Made by a program: the position numbers and the translations under genes. Shown here one piece after another: positions 52,429 to 64,000 of a stretch of 64,000 nt of DNA. How positions within the stretch are numbered: position 1 is the first letter of the stretch; each line of letters starts with the position of its first letter. Source of the DNA: Podarcis vaucheri (Eukaryota); assembly GCA_965113315.1 (NCBI GenBank), contig OZ220368.1. One strand, given 5' to 3'. The notes beneath the pieces were generated by a model. The model worked only from the letters and a program-made list of their open reading frames with translations. It had not been told where the DNA came from and made no database searches.

Positions 52429-52996
52429 TACTCAGTCTGATATCAGTGGAACAATACTACCTACCAGAAAAAGAAAAAGAAAAACATTCCCAGGCAACAG
52501 AATCCCCCCTGCCCCCACCACTAAACATTTGACCATTCAAAATCACTTTTCCCCACTAGTCCTTTCAGATCACAGACCTGATCACAGACCTGAAAGGGCT
52601 AGCAATCACTGATCTAACACCACAGGTAGATTTTTAATGTCATCCAATGTCAGTTTATATATCACTTTCAGTGAAGTCAGTTCATATTTTCAGCTCTGTA
52701 CCACTGAGAAGGGATTGGGGATGCATCCACCTGGGCATGGTGCCAAAGCAGATACAATGCATTTGATCTCCACAAATCAATTCAGGGATCAGGGCAGGGT
52801 TGCACACTGCTGGATTCCCACTCGCCCTCTGGATTCACATATGAAGTGATCTGATGACTGCCTATCTGCCTTGTTGTTTTTCAGTATAAATTTAAGCCCC
52901 TTGCAAGCAGCTAGCTCCTGCTGCCATGTGCATTGAATTTAATGTAACATCCCATTCTAGGAGCGATGGGCCTTGCTGATGTGCTGTCGACTCTCA

Positions 52997-53160
52997 GGGG
53001 AAAGGACTGTAGCTCAGTGGCTGAGCACCTGCTTTTGCATGCAGAAGGTCCCAGGTTCAACCTATGGTATCTTCAGGTAGGGTTGGTTGAGACCCCTGCC
53101 TGAAACCCTGGAGAGGTGCTGCCAGCTAGATGGACCATTGGGTCTGACTCATCTATGTGT
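52997..53160 (+). mobile_element. tRNA-derived SINE (Squam3-like)
   Basis: GTAGCTCAGTGG...TTTGCATGCAGAAGGTCCCAGGTTCAA...CCTGCCTGAAACCCTGGAGAG. Confidence 0.82.
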
Positions 53161-54856
53161 TTTATGTACATTTACTGACTTTATGTCCAATTCACTTTAT
53201 AGTCTCTGGGGAAATCAAATGTCTCATACATAAAATTACCCCTGAGAGGGATGGTACATCTGTTGGAAAAAAATTGTAAAGTGTTCACCCTAACTGGGGT
53301 TCCTCAAAGGAACACCAATAGACATGAGCTTTAAGTTAAAAGTTAGGCCTTGGTTAATATAAACGTACATAGAGTGAGCCTCTTAAAATATCAAAAGGAG
53401 GCTGCACATTGACCTTGTCAGGTATCATCTTCAATACACGTCCAACTACACAGGCAATTACTGCTTAACCAATCAGACAATTATAGCAAAAATAGTTGCA
53501 ACCCCTTGAAAGCATTCTAAACCAATCAGAAACCAGTCAAGAGCCATCACTCCTAGACAGACTTGCTATATTGGTTTCAATGTGCATGATGGCAAGAGAA
53601 GGGGTGTAGCCCTCAGACCATATTGTAAGTGCTCACAACTCAGATATTTTGTCAGTGCTTGTGTGTAATTTTAAGGATGTATATGGAAGTGTTATTAAAA
53701 AACCATGATGAACCTGCCTGGTCTGGATTTGGACATTGGGTGATCACTAGTGCTGAACAATCAATCACTGTACAAACCATATTACCAATGATCCCTTTGA
53801 TCAAAGTATCCCACCCCCCACCACCATGTATATATGATCTTTGTATTCCTGCTTTGTTTCACACTAAGTCAGATTTTCCCCAAGAACAATAAATCAGGAA
53901 ATATTGAAGTCATTTTGTAAAAATGACTTTAGCTGAAACAAGTTTTTGTAAGGTGGCAAGGAATTGGAGTGTTTTTCATTAAGTTTGCATGAAAGGATGA
54001 GCAAAAGCTGCATATTTAATATTAAGGACTTTCCACCAGCAGCACATATTCAAGTTCATCACAATAGCAGTAGTAATAAATAAAGAGGTAAATCATCTGC
54101 TGATGGGAGTCAAGTGCTGAGCAAGAAAGGATATTTTGTATGATTACAGCTGGCATTTTAACCTGGGGGGGGTGAAATCTTTGTTTTTCCACTACCTTTC
54201 TAAAACTGGTATTTTGGCTTCGTTATTTTTATTTTATTTTTAAAATCCTCTTTTTTCTGAAGGGAAGGTATAAAAAGAAGGGCAGGGGATTTTTCTAGGA
54301 TTTTAGGTCCTAAAATCATATTTTCGTTTGCTTAGGTTTTCTTTTATATCTCTGTTCCTTCATTGCAAGGTATTGGAGGGTAACAAATTATTTTACGAAA
54401 GGACGAGAGTTTGAGTTTCCAGTCTGACATTTAAATTGGAATTCACATTTGATGGCATGAAGAAAATTTAAATGCATGTCATCAATGCGGCACTATAAAG
54501 AAGATTTCTTAAAAGCTTTCACTTCCTTTCTGTTTGCCGTTACATGTGCCCAGAGAGAGCTTTGATTCATACGAGCCATTGTAAATAAGCATCAATTGTT
54601 GGTTCTTCCCTTGTCTGAAAAGCATCTGCCTTTGTATGATAAAACCTATTGTGGATGCTACTACATGTGACTACTGTAAGGTACTCAGAGGTCCTAGAAT
54701 TTTTAAAATAGGAAGTAGATACAAACATATACCACACAAAATGGCAGGATTTAAAATCATCGTATGAGGGGTGCATATGGTCAAATATTATTGTGAAATG
54801 TATCATTCTAGTACAATACTTGCACTTTTTTAGCCTGTGAAATAAAAATCAGAGTA

Positions 54857-55057
54857 CAGTGGTACCTTGGGTTACATACGCTTCAGGTTACATACTCCGC
54901 TAACCCAGAAATAGTGCTTCAGGTTAAGAACTTTGCTTCAAGGTGAGAACAGAAATCGGGCTGCGGCAGCAGCGGGAGGCCCCATTAGCTAAAGTGGTGC
55001 TTCAGGTTAAGAACGGACCTCCGGAACAAATTAAGTACTTAACCCGAGGTACCACTG
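54857..55057. mobile_element. Tc1/mariner (Tigger-like) MITE
   Basis: TA-CAGTGGTACCTTGGGTTA ... TAACCCGAGGTACCACTG-TA. Confidence 0.9.
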
Positions 55058-55623
55058 TACTCAATGTGGCGATCACACAGGGTCCCCGGACATTTCACCG
55101 TCTATTGATCCCTGTGCCACCACTTTATTTCTCGCTGCCACCACCCAGGCCCTACCTGGGACAACACTGAGTCCAGTCAGGGTTAAATTGAAACATAAAC
55201 TTTTGTTTATTTATTGCAGTTTAACAAGCGTGTGGTTTCATCAACAGTATCAGTCAATTACATTCATGGAGTGCCTATCCAGACCCATAACTTTCACTAC
55301 CTGTTCTCACTCACTAAACCACCAACTTGCTCGAGGGCTGGGAGCCTCCTGTATATACAGAGGTTCCCTATGTGGCTTAATTCAGGTTCTAAATTGTGCA
55401 GGAAGTCTCCATATGTGCAGGCTTCAGACTAATGCCCCACAAGTTAGAGGTAAACAGGAAGGGGGTGGCGCTTCCTCTGCTAGTCTTTCTGCACTTTCTG
55501 CTCACTAATAGGTCTTAAGCATGCAGAACACCTGCATAGGGCTTTATTCTGGTTCCAGGTAATAGATCAATGAGTTATAGTGGTCTTTCTGGGCCATCCA
55601 GCCTAACCCAGTACAAGATACTG

Positions 55624-55874
55624 CAGGGGTCAGCAACCTTTTTCAGCCATGGGCTGGACCACCATCCTTCAGACCATGTGGTGGGCTGGGCTATATTTTT
55701 TTTTGGGGGGGTGAACAAATTCCTACGCCCCACAAATAATCCAGAGATGCATTTTAAATGGAAGGACACATTCTACTCAGGTAAAAACATGCTGATTCCC
55801 AGACCATCCGCAGGCTGGATTGAGGAGGTGATTGGGCCGCATCCGGCCCCCAGGCCTTAGGTTGCCTACCCCTG
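55624..55874. mobile_element. hAT MITE
   Basis: TIR CAGGGGTCAGCAACCT / AGGTTGCCTACCCCTG with GGGCCG subterminal motifs. Confidence 0.82.
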
Positions 55875-55979
55875 GGTTGTGGTTTTTATTTTGATTATGT
55901 ATTTTGTGGTTTTATATTTTGATTTTATTCTGTGAACCGTCCTGAGACCTCTGGATATAGGTGGTGTATAAATTCAACA

Positions 55980-56000
55980 AAGAAGAAGAAGAAGAAGAAG

Positions 56001-56029
<29 letters not shown>
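55980..56029. repeat. (GAA)n microsatellite at an L2-like 3' tail
   Basis: About 16 GAA units following TGTGAACCG.CCTGAG...TATAAAT. Confidence 0.9.
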
Positions 56030-56031
<2 letters not shown>

Positions 56032-57429
56032 TAGCAGATGGCTGTCCAACCTTTGCTTGGAGACTTACAGCAAGAAAGAGCCCAGGTCCCTTATAGGTAA
56101 CTGGATTCATTGTCAAACTGCTCTTACTGTTATAAAGTTTCTCTAATCTTCAAACCAAAACTGAACCTTCCTGTAACTTAAGGCCTTTAGATCCAGCTCT
56201 TTCTTCTAGGGCACCAAAGAAACAGTTTCCTTTGCTTGTTAGTGACATAATACAAAAGGCATGCTGGAATCAAGAACGTCTGTTTGTAACTTTGTGCAAA
56301 TGAAACAGAAAAATCATTCTCAAGAAAACCTTATCTCCCAACCTCATTGCAAATAAAAAATAAAAAAATTCAATCCATTGTATCAAACTGCTACTAATAA
56401 TTGCGAGCAAGTGCATGAAAAGTTATTTTTAAAGCCTTCAGTATTCTAGCACGTCAACAGAGCTGTGACAAGCTTACATAGAAAGCAGAGTGGGAAAACA
56501 GGGCACAGCACAACCTATTAAGCAGCATTCATGAGCATCTCAACATTTCGCTTTGACTTTGTTTGCCTGGATGTGGCCAGGAGACCAAAAGGAAAATGTC
56601 AAAGAGGTCCAAAGCCACCTCTGAAACCCAAATATCAATGAAATTTACTTTGCGGGGGATTGTTGCATGCAGTCTTGAATTTGTCCTCCAAAATGCCATG
56701 CGTATGCGGTGTAGACGTCTTACTGCCATCAGTGACAAAAAGGAAAACACTGCAGTTTGATACAACAAATAAGCTGGCTAAATTCATAGTGTCAAATAGC
56801 ACTATGACTGTTCAGTATTCTGGAGCTTGAACAAGGAATCTCATGGTCTGGTGCTTGGACATGGCTTGGCAATCTGCTTGAAAGGGACAAAGCCTCACTT
56901 TTATTTATTTGTCAGTTGCAGAGAGAAATAGGGTGTGCAAAGTGAACCCTGCAACTGGCAGGTTGTATTAAGACTCTAGATTGGCTAGATAGTATGAAGC
57001 TTCTGGAATGGCTAGAGCCACATTCACAACATACATTTAAAGCACTAAAAGGCCACTTAAAATACTTGTGGTTTCCCCCAAATAATTCTGGAAGCTGTAG
57101 TTTGGTAAGGGTGCTGAGAGTTGTGCCCAGAGCTACAGTTCCTAGAGTTGTTTAACTAACCAAATGCCTAAATATAAACATCTTTATAAGGTGCCTAAAA
57201 CCCATCTAGGTTGGCAAAAAGCAAAATTGTGAGAGAAGTATATTCTGCAATGAGGGTGGGTTACTATAGAGAATGCTCTATAAAGTAATTGTTTCAGGCC
57301 CACTGTATTTAAAGAAAGAAGAAAAGCAGGGGCTGCACATCAGGTAAATGAAAATCAGAAGATGAGGAAGCTGCAATCTAACTATTAAACAATATGGGAA
57401 CATGTATGCAACCCTGGCAAACACCACTA

Positions 57430-57605
57430 AAGGTAAAGGTAAAGGTACCCCTGCCCGAACGGGCCAGTCTTGACAGGCTCTGGGGTTTGTGCGCCCATCT
57501 CACATCTATTGGCCGGGGGCCAGCGCTGTCCGGAGACACTTTCGGGTCACGTGGCCAGCGTGACAAAGCTGCATCTAGCGAGCCAGCGCAGCACACGGAA
57601 CGCCG
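57430..57605 (-). mobile_element. Sauria SINE, 5'-truncated
   Basis: Reversed (ACCTTT)n tail; TSD GGCAAACACCACTA at 57416-57429 and 57606-57619. Confidence 0.93.
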
Positions 57606-60600
57606 GGCAAACACCACTAGGAGCTACCTATTGATAAATTAAGACAAAGCAAGCTCTCATCAGTAGACAAAAGGCACAATTAGCTCATAATCTATCCCTT
57701 GGAAATGAAGGCAAATTTCAAATCAATGAAAGCAGCAAACATACCAGGGATGGCCCAGGAGTCAAATGTAGCTGGCCCTCCAGGCATCTCTTATGTGGAC
57801 CTCTGAACTCACCTGAGATCACACATCCTCTCCACCCACACCTGCTACTGACTCTGCTTCGCATCCTCCAGTGTTTTCGACCTAGCTGGATCGGTCCTTG
57901 AACTCTCATAATGATTTTTACTAGCCTGGATGGAGGATAGATAGGGGTATTTGTGTGTGAGCATGCAGAAAATAACCTCCTGTAAAAAGGCAAAATTTGC
58001 ATTTGTTGCTCTGCCAGTTTTGCCTCTAAGCCCACCCACCAATGGCATGTGGTCCTTGGTAGGTCGCTCAGAACGGAATGCAGTCCTCTGGATGAAAAAT
58101 GGTTCTTCATCCCTGATACAGACCATTAGCAAAGCATCTCATATATCTCTCAGCTAAATGACCTAAAGCAAAGCAAGGGTCAAGTACCGAGCTACCTACC
58201 TGTCAGCTCATCCTTGACTCCACTTTCAGCCACAGTCTAAGGGCTTAACCACACTTACCTTTTGCCTTGCTCTTTCCAGGCACAGACCCACATTTAAAAG
58301 CTCGGTGTCTGATTGTTGCTGTTGCTTTTGCCCCGGAGCTTTCCCTGCAAAAACCCGTTCTTTGGAGCTCAATTGAAGCAAAGATCAACTTGAGTCAATA
58401 ATTTGGAATAATCACAGAGGGTTTGAGTAACAGCTCCCCCTATCTTTTCTAAATGGCATCCCCAGTGGTGTTGTATATCTCCTGTGCCTCCTTGCCTATG
58501 TACAGCCCAAATGGCTCACTGTTGTTGACCCCGAGGGCTGCAGCTGAGAGGAAAATGGAAAAACTTTATCTGTGATCATATTGCATTAAGAAGCATAGAT
58601 ACCATGCTGATTCTATTTTGAAGACATGCCGGCACCGATCTTCCAATCCCTATTCTTTGAACTCCCATTGCTTCTTAACTTTTCATCTGGGCTGTATCGT
58701 CTAAAACATTGCAACAGATGCTGTTGCCTTAAGAAGATTAGCATTCTTAACTGTGTAAAACTAACAGCTGTGAATGATTCAGGAAGTTGACATGAGTGAA
58801 AGTTTCTGAATTCTACTCAAAGGCTGCAAGCAGATTTACCTGGGAGTAAACCCCACTGAACACTGCGGCACTTACTTTCAAGTAAGCACCCAGAGGACTG
58901 GGTTATCAGCTTGTTTTTTCTTAGATAGAAGAAATGGTTCTATCTGGCCCTAATGAGAGGCCCAGTGATAATCCTGGCATAAAACAGCATGACTGAAGAG
59001 ATCTGTAAGAGAGGCTAGACAAATTCAGATATCAACAAATCTCCATCATTGAGACCCACACTGTTAGAATGAAAACATTAGAAAGTGTGCAGAAGCCCTT
59101 TGCAAATGACAGAGAGTTGTTTTAGAAAAAGCACACACACAGTTTAGTCTTTCTGTTTTTCCCAGTCGACCTAGGAGCCCAGCTAGGGGTAGTTTTTTTC
59201 TGGACCGTTTCACCCGTCCCTACATGATGATATAAAAACCAGCGCTTCACTGAACTTCCTAATAGCCAGGGCATATTTCCTATGCAACCCCAGTGCTCTC
59301 TCTCACCATGTGTGTCCTCCCAAACAGTGTGACACAACATATTGTAAAAAGAAAATGGTAATTAGAAGGAACATTTGAGCAGGGGAACTTGCCTGGAAAA
59401 ATGCTTTAGTTAAATGAACCAACAAAGATTGTTTTAATCTGTTAAACACACAGAGAGATCTATTCATCCTCTGCTTTTTTAAACAAAGCAAAAAAATACA
59501 CAAAAGGATTTACTTCTAGGGCAAGGGAGAAGTAAGGGCGTATTAGCCTCCTCACTACTGTCTCTACCAAACCTTTCAGGGGTCACATTAATACCATATA
59601 TTTAAAGCACTATCATACCATTTTAACAGTCATAGCTTCCTCCAAAGAACTCTGGGAGCTGTAGTTTATTATAGGTGCTGAGAGTTGTTAGGAGACCCCA
59701 TATTCTCCTTCCAGAGTTACAATTCCTACAGTTCCCTTTGAAGAGGGATTGGTTGTTAAACCATCAAGAGAATTGTAGCTCTGTTTGCATCACCACCACT
59801 TTGGGATAGCATGGCCACCATTTTGCATGCTGCACAACAGTTGTTATATTTTAATAAATATAGCCTGTTTACCCACATTCCTGTTGTCTAGAGTCCTGTT
59901 ACGTTGGCAATGAGCTATAGCACCATTAAGCAAATAAGAAACAGAAGCTTCTTAGTAACTCAAATATTTGTGACGTGCATAACACAAATTGGCAAGGCAA
60001 TGACCGCATGTGATCCAACATTGTCCTTTGCATATGTAACAGCACTCAGATTTTCATTGTGATAATGATAGTTCAAAATTGCAGGCAAGAAGTTAATCCT
60101 CACTTTTGCATTCTTTAATGGAAGATTTCAGATCCGAACAGGATTCTGCAGCCTGCTTCTGCTTATAAAAGCATTTCCTTTTTCCTTTTTCCTCCTTTCC
60201 CCCTTTTAACGTTGACGGCTGATGACAGCTACTCATGCTTGGAAGCCAAACTCCTTTCCACTGGTGTAGTGAAATGGGTGCTGATGCAGCAGCCCCCTTC
60301 TCAGAAGAGCTGTTCATTATACGCAGAGAACCCGCTTTGATTTTGAGGTTCAGTCAGCCTGCCAGCAAAGCTGTTGGACTATATCTAACAGGTCCCTCCT
60401 CCCGGAGAATGTGAAGTGCTGTGCTCAAAGAAGGCTGAAGTGCTCCAAGTATTGCAACTATTTTACTAAACTGGGAACATGCCCAAACGCCATTGTTTAG
60501 AATCTCAGTTCTGCTGCTTAATGTGAATAAGACCCATCTGTGCCGCTGAATGAACTGGAATTTCTGCTGTACTTCTTCCAGCCTCTGCACTGGAAATTCT

Positions 60601-61043
60601 GTTGGTCCTGGCTTTATCTGGACAGGTTGGAAGGCTGTGGCTCTATTGCAGATTATCTGTGTTCCACACAGCAAGGTTTCAGGTCCAATTCCAGGTAGGG
60701 AAGGGAGTCCTGCCTGGAAACCACAGCCAGTCAGTATGGAGAAAATTGAGCTATGCCACATTCACACTGTGCATGGAAAGCCCTGTGATGCTACCACTGG
60801 AGAAGAGGGGTTGACTGTTAAACCACTCTGGAAATTGTATCTCTAGGAAGGGAAATGGACGCTCTAGGAAGGGAACCCTTCTCAGCAACCATAACAAACT
60901 ACAGTTTCCATGGCTGTTTAAAGTGGCACAATGCTGCTTTAATTGCTTAGTGCAGATGGGGTCATAGAAGGGGGATTTGGAGAACCCATGAAGTGTGAAC
61001 CAAGCAAATAACCATTCCATAGTATCCTAGTGTGAACTTAGTA

Positions 61044-61285
61044 CAGTGGTACCTTGGGTTACATATGCTTCAGGTTACATACGTTTCAAGTTACAGACTT
61101 CGCTAACCCGGAAGGATTACTTTGGGTTAAGAACTTTGCTTGCGGATGAGAACAGAAATCGTGCTCTGGTGGCGCAGTGGCAGCAGGAGGCCCCATTAGT
61201 TAAAGTGGTGCTTCAGGTTAAGAACAGTTTCAGATTAAGAACGGACCTCTGGAACAAATTAAGTACTTAACCCAAGGTACCACTG
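61044..61285. mobile_element. Tc1/mariner (Tigger-like) MITE
   Basis: TA-CAGTGGTACCTTGGGTTA ... TAACCCAAGGTACCACTG-TA. Confidence 0.9.
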
Positions 61286-62545
61286 TACTAGATAGAAAAC
61301 TGTATTATACTGAGCCAGAGCACTGATCTAGGTTCCTATGAAGAAGCAGCAGTGGCAAGGGTAATCACCAAGTAGCATGGTAGGTTGGTAATAAGGAAAA
61401 TAGGAAGCAGGGGTAGGTTCTCTGCCATTCATGGGAAAGAGGGCATATAAGCAGAACTAAATGAAAGCTGAAAGCATAGACCCAGTAAGAATGGAAATAG
61501 GGTAGTGTGAAGCTTTGACTAGGCTCAAGATTGCTTGTTAGGGAGGATGGAAGCAAGGTTCAGAGGGGAAGGATGAAAGTATGTTGCAGGTGTGAGGTAT
61601 GGCTGAGCCCCATCTAGGATTTCTACATTTTTATGGCTGGTCCAAAATTTGGACACCAACCTGATGAGATTTCCAATTCCAGATGCTTGAGAAATTTGAT
61701 TTTTCTTGTTGAATTCCTATGCAAAAAAAGTATTGATCCACAGCTCTCAGTCTAGTATGCACATCAGAACTTAGCTACCCAACAGATGGGGCACAGCTTC
61801 AAATGTGGCACAGTTCCCACAGCTTAAAAATATATATTTTTAATGAGTTTAAATGTGTATTTTGAGAGTTATATAGGTATTGTGCATTTTTCATTAAAAA
61901 AACAAACGCCAGATTAATGCTGCAATGAAATACAATGGAATACAATGGTGAGCACATCAAAAGGGCTTGAACGTCCCCTCCCCCTCCTTTCACAGGGCCA
62001 TTCATCTTCCATAAAAGTGAGAAGAGCATTGTCAGAGACGTTCTTGGAAGAGCGGGGCAAATTTCAACAGATATGAGATGGCAAAGCGTTGCATCTGACA
62101 TTCTTTTTTTTAAAAAAATGTTTAAGATTTCCTGCTACCAAGAATGCCACTGATAACAGTGTTACATCAGCATGTGGAACCGTTCTATTGTGCTGTTCTC
62201 AGGAAGAAATGCCAGCAGATTGTTGTCAATTGGCCACTGAAACTTATAACATTGTTTTAAAAGAAAGACTCATGCTGCTTTCTCTGCCTACTATGGTATG
62301 TGCCTCCTGCTAAAAAATGTTAGAAATTAATCCTAATTCCACCCCCTTTAAAAAAATGCTGAATAAAGCTGGGCTGAACACACTCCCCACTGACAAAGCC
62401 TAGCAGAGTCAGCAACCACTTTCTGTGCCAACTGAAAACTTTTTTATACTTCCAGGCCTGTGCAGGCTGTTAAGAATACATCTTTCCACATTTCTGTCTG
62501 TTTTTAACTTTATGGCTTTATGTTTTTATTACTATAAACTGCATA

Positions 62546-62547
<2 letters not shown>

Positions 62548-62594
<47 letters not shown>
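62548..62594. repeat. (AT)n microsatellite abutting the Penelope end
   Basis: About 23 AT units. Confidence 0.95.
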
Positions 62595-62597
<3 letters not shown>

Positions 62598-62677
62598 CTT
62601 TCGTAGATTTTCACGGGTACAGGAATGCAGGTTTTGGTGTCTTCGGGTGTCTTCCCGTGTAAGAGTCGGGGTGTCTG

Positions 62678-62717
62678 TGCGACGTTTCGACGAGGTCTCA
62701 CTCGTCATCTTCAGGCT
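62678..62717 (-). ncRNA. Minimal hammerhead ribozyme motif in the Penelope terminal repeat
   Basis: Minus RNA: GC-CUGAAGA-U-GACGAG-ugagac-CUCGUC-GAAA-C-GUC-GC; core boxes, 6-bp helix II, GUC site; helix I only about 2 bp. Confidence 0.7.
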
Positions 62718-63514
62718 GGTGCTTTCGGCTTCTTGTTACTGGAACAGAGCAGAGTCTGGTGTTTGAGTTCCTATAAATACTGTTGAGGGGTGTGGTGTAT
62801 AGCCTCCAACGTTCTGGGCAGAGAGGAAGTTCCTAGATTAGTGTGCCTTTTCTTCTTTTGTTCCTTAATTACTTGAGGGATATCTTGGGTGATTTCATGA
62901 GTGATATTCTGAATATCACTGGGTGGGTCATTAAGTGTAGATTAGTTGCTAAAGCTTTCGTGTCTTGACCTCTTGAGCTTGTGAAGAGTTTTTCTGAGAA
63001 GATGGCTGTGCTGCATTTAGTTGTGCTCTGGCTTGGCTTCGTGTATAGGGGCGAGCTATGGTTTTGTGCCTTGTGCCAGCCAGATCTGTGTAGGGATTGC
63101 AGGGGGGTGCAGCATCCGGAGGTGCCACTATAGTTTGGCTACTGGATGGAGTCTGTAATATGTCTGTGGAGAGGGTCTGGGTTTGGGTCTGGTATGGTTG
63201 ATTGGTGACGGCGTTCTGTGTGCCTCTGGTTCTGGTGTCGGTTTTTGTGGGGAGGGCTAATTTCCAGATGTCTGGCAGGCGGGACGTGTCGTCACGCTTG
63301 TTCATGTTGTGAGGGTGTTTCTCTATCTCGATGGCTTCCATGATTATTCTCTTGTGGTGATGTTCCATGTTAAAGAGCAATTTGGAATCTGCAAAATTAA
63401 TTTCGTGTCCTGTTTCTTTCATGTGTTGGAAAAGAGAGGAAGTTTTTTCTTCTTTTTTGACGGCATTCTTGTGTTCTGCGATACGTGCATTTATTCGTCT
63501 GTTTGTTTGTCCAA

Positions 63515-64000
63515 AAAGAAACACCCCCCAAAAACCAAGACACAGAAGAAAACAATGGCATGGCCCTCCTTCCTTATATCAAGGGCACTACAGACAAAAT
63601 CAGCAAAATCCTCCATAAACACAATATCAAAACAGCCTTCTGCACCAACCAAAAAATAGCCAATATCCTCAGAAACCCAAAAGACAAAATCCAGCTGGAA
63701 AACCAAGGGGTCTATGAAATACCCTGCAAAGTCTGCCCAGCCACGTACATTGGACAAACAAACAGACGAATAAATGCACGTATCGCAGAACACAAGAATG
63801 CCGTCAAAAAAGAAGAAAAAACTTCCTCTCTTTCCAACACATGAAAGAAACAGGACACGAAATTAATTTTGCAGATTCCAAATTGCTCTTTAACATGGAA
63901 CATCACCACAAGAGAATAATCATGGAAGCCATCGAGATAGAGAAACACCCTCACAACATGAACAAGCGTGACGACACGTCCCGCCTGCCAGACATCTGGA
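63515..64000 (+). pseudogene. Penelope ORF fragment: RT thumb/linker plus GIY-YIG endonuclease (frameshift near 63832)
   Basis: LPYIKGTTDKISKIL...GVYEIPCKVCPATYIGQTNRRINARIAEH; the left arm continues H...HEINF...EAIEIEKH...MNKRD. Confidence 0.88.

Larger units (their letters stand above)
62595..64000. mobile_element. Penelope-like retroelement, inverted (divergent) arrangement, runs off the window
   Basis: Minus arm 62595-63514 and plus arm from 63515; 63750-64000 is the reverse complement of the left arm; GIY-YIG endonuclease coding. Confidence 0.93.

Noticed and set aside
55961-56146. Poly-Glu and poly-Phe ORFs
   Set aside because: Products of the (GAA)n microsatellite
59224-59300. ATGATGA...CTGA resembling a C/D box snoRNA
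   Set aside because: No terminal D box at a suitable distance and no terminal stem
60354-60761. 135-aa ORF as a possible exon
   Set aside because: Begins in a SINE relic, has no recognisable domain and no convincing splice signals
61657-61712. CTGATGA...GAAA possible hammerhead
   Set aside because: Helices II and III cannot be paired

Overview
Eukaryotic, gene-poor, repeat-rich DNA from a squamate reptile (lizard; a lacertid is plausible but not provable here). The assignment rests on Sauria SINEs with (ACCTTT)n tails, BovB (RTE), CR1 and L2 LINE fragments, Squam-type tRNA SINEs, Tc1/mariner, hAT and PIF/Harbinger MITEs, solo LTRs and a Penelope-like element. I recognise no intact host exon. 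The only host-derived coding sequence is a frameshifted, TSD-flanked metallothionein retrocopy (19050-19441, minus). The most striking signal is a recurring class of retrotransposon 5' junctions containing fold-back DNA: a perfect 114-bp inverted copy of target DNA inside a Sauria SINE TSD (5084-5315), a 96-bp equivalent at a poly(A) retroelement (13639-13858), a 5'-inverted BovB inside one TSD, and an 8-bp fold-back at a CORE SINE. Other notable items: a 209-bp templated insertion copied from 15.7 kb away into a MITE, a solo-LTR family with an acidic, Trp-rich reading frame starting at the LTR edge, a phased array of TCTCGCGAGA palindromes in a transposon-like element, and a minimal hammerhead-ribozyme motif in the Penelope terminal repeat. 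Family names come from recalled consensus features, not database searches.
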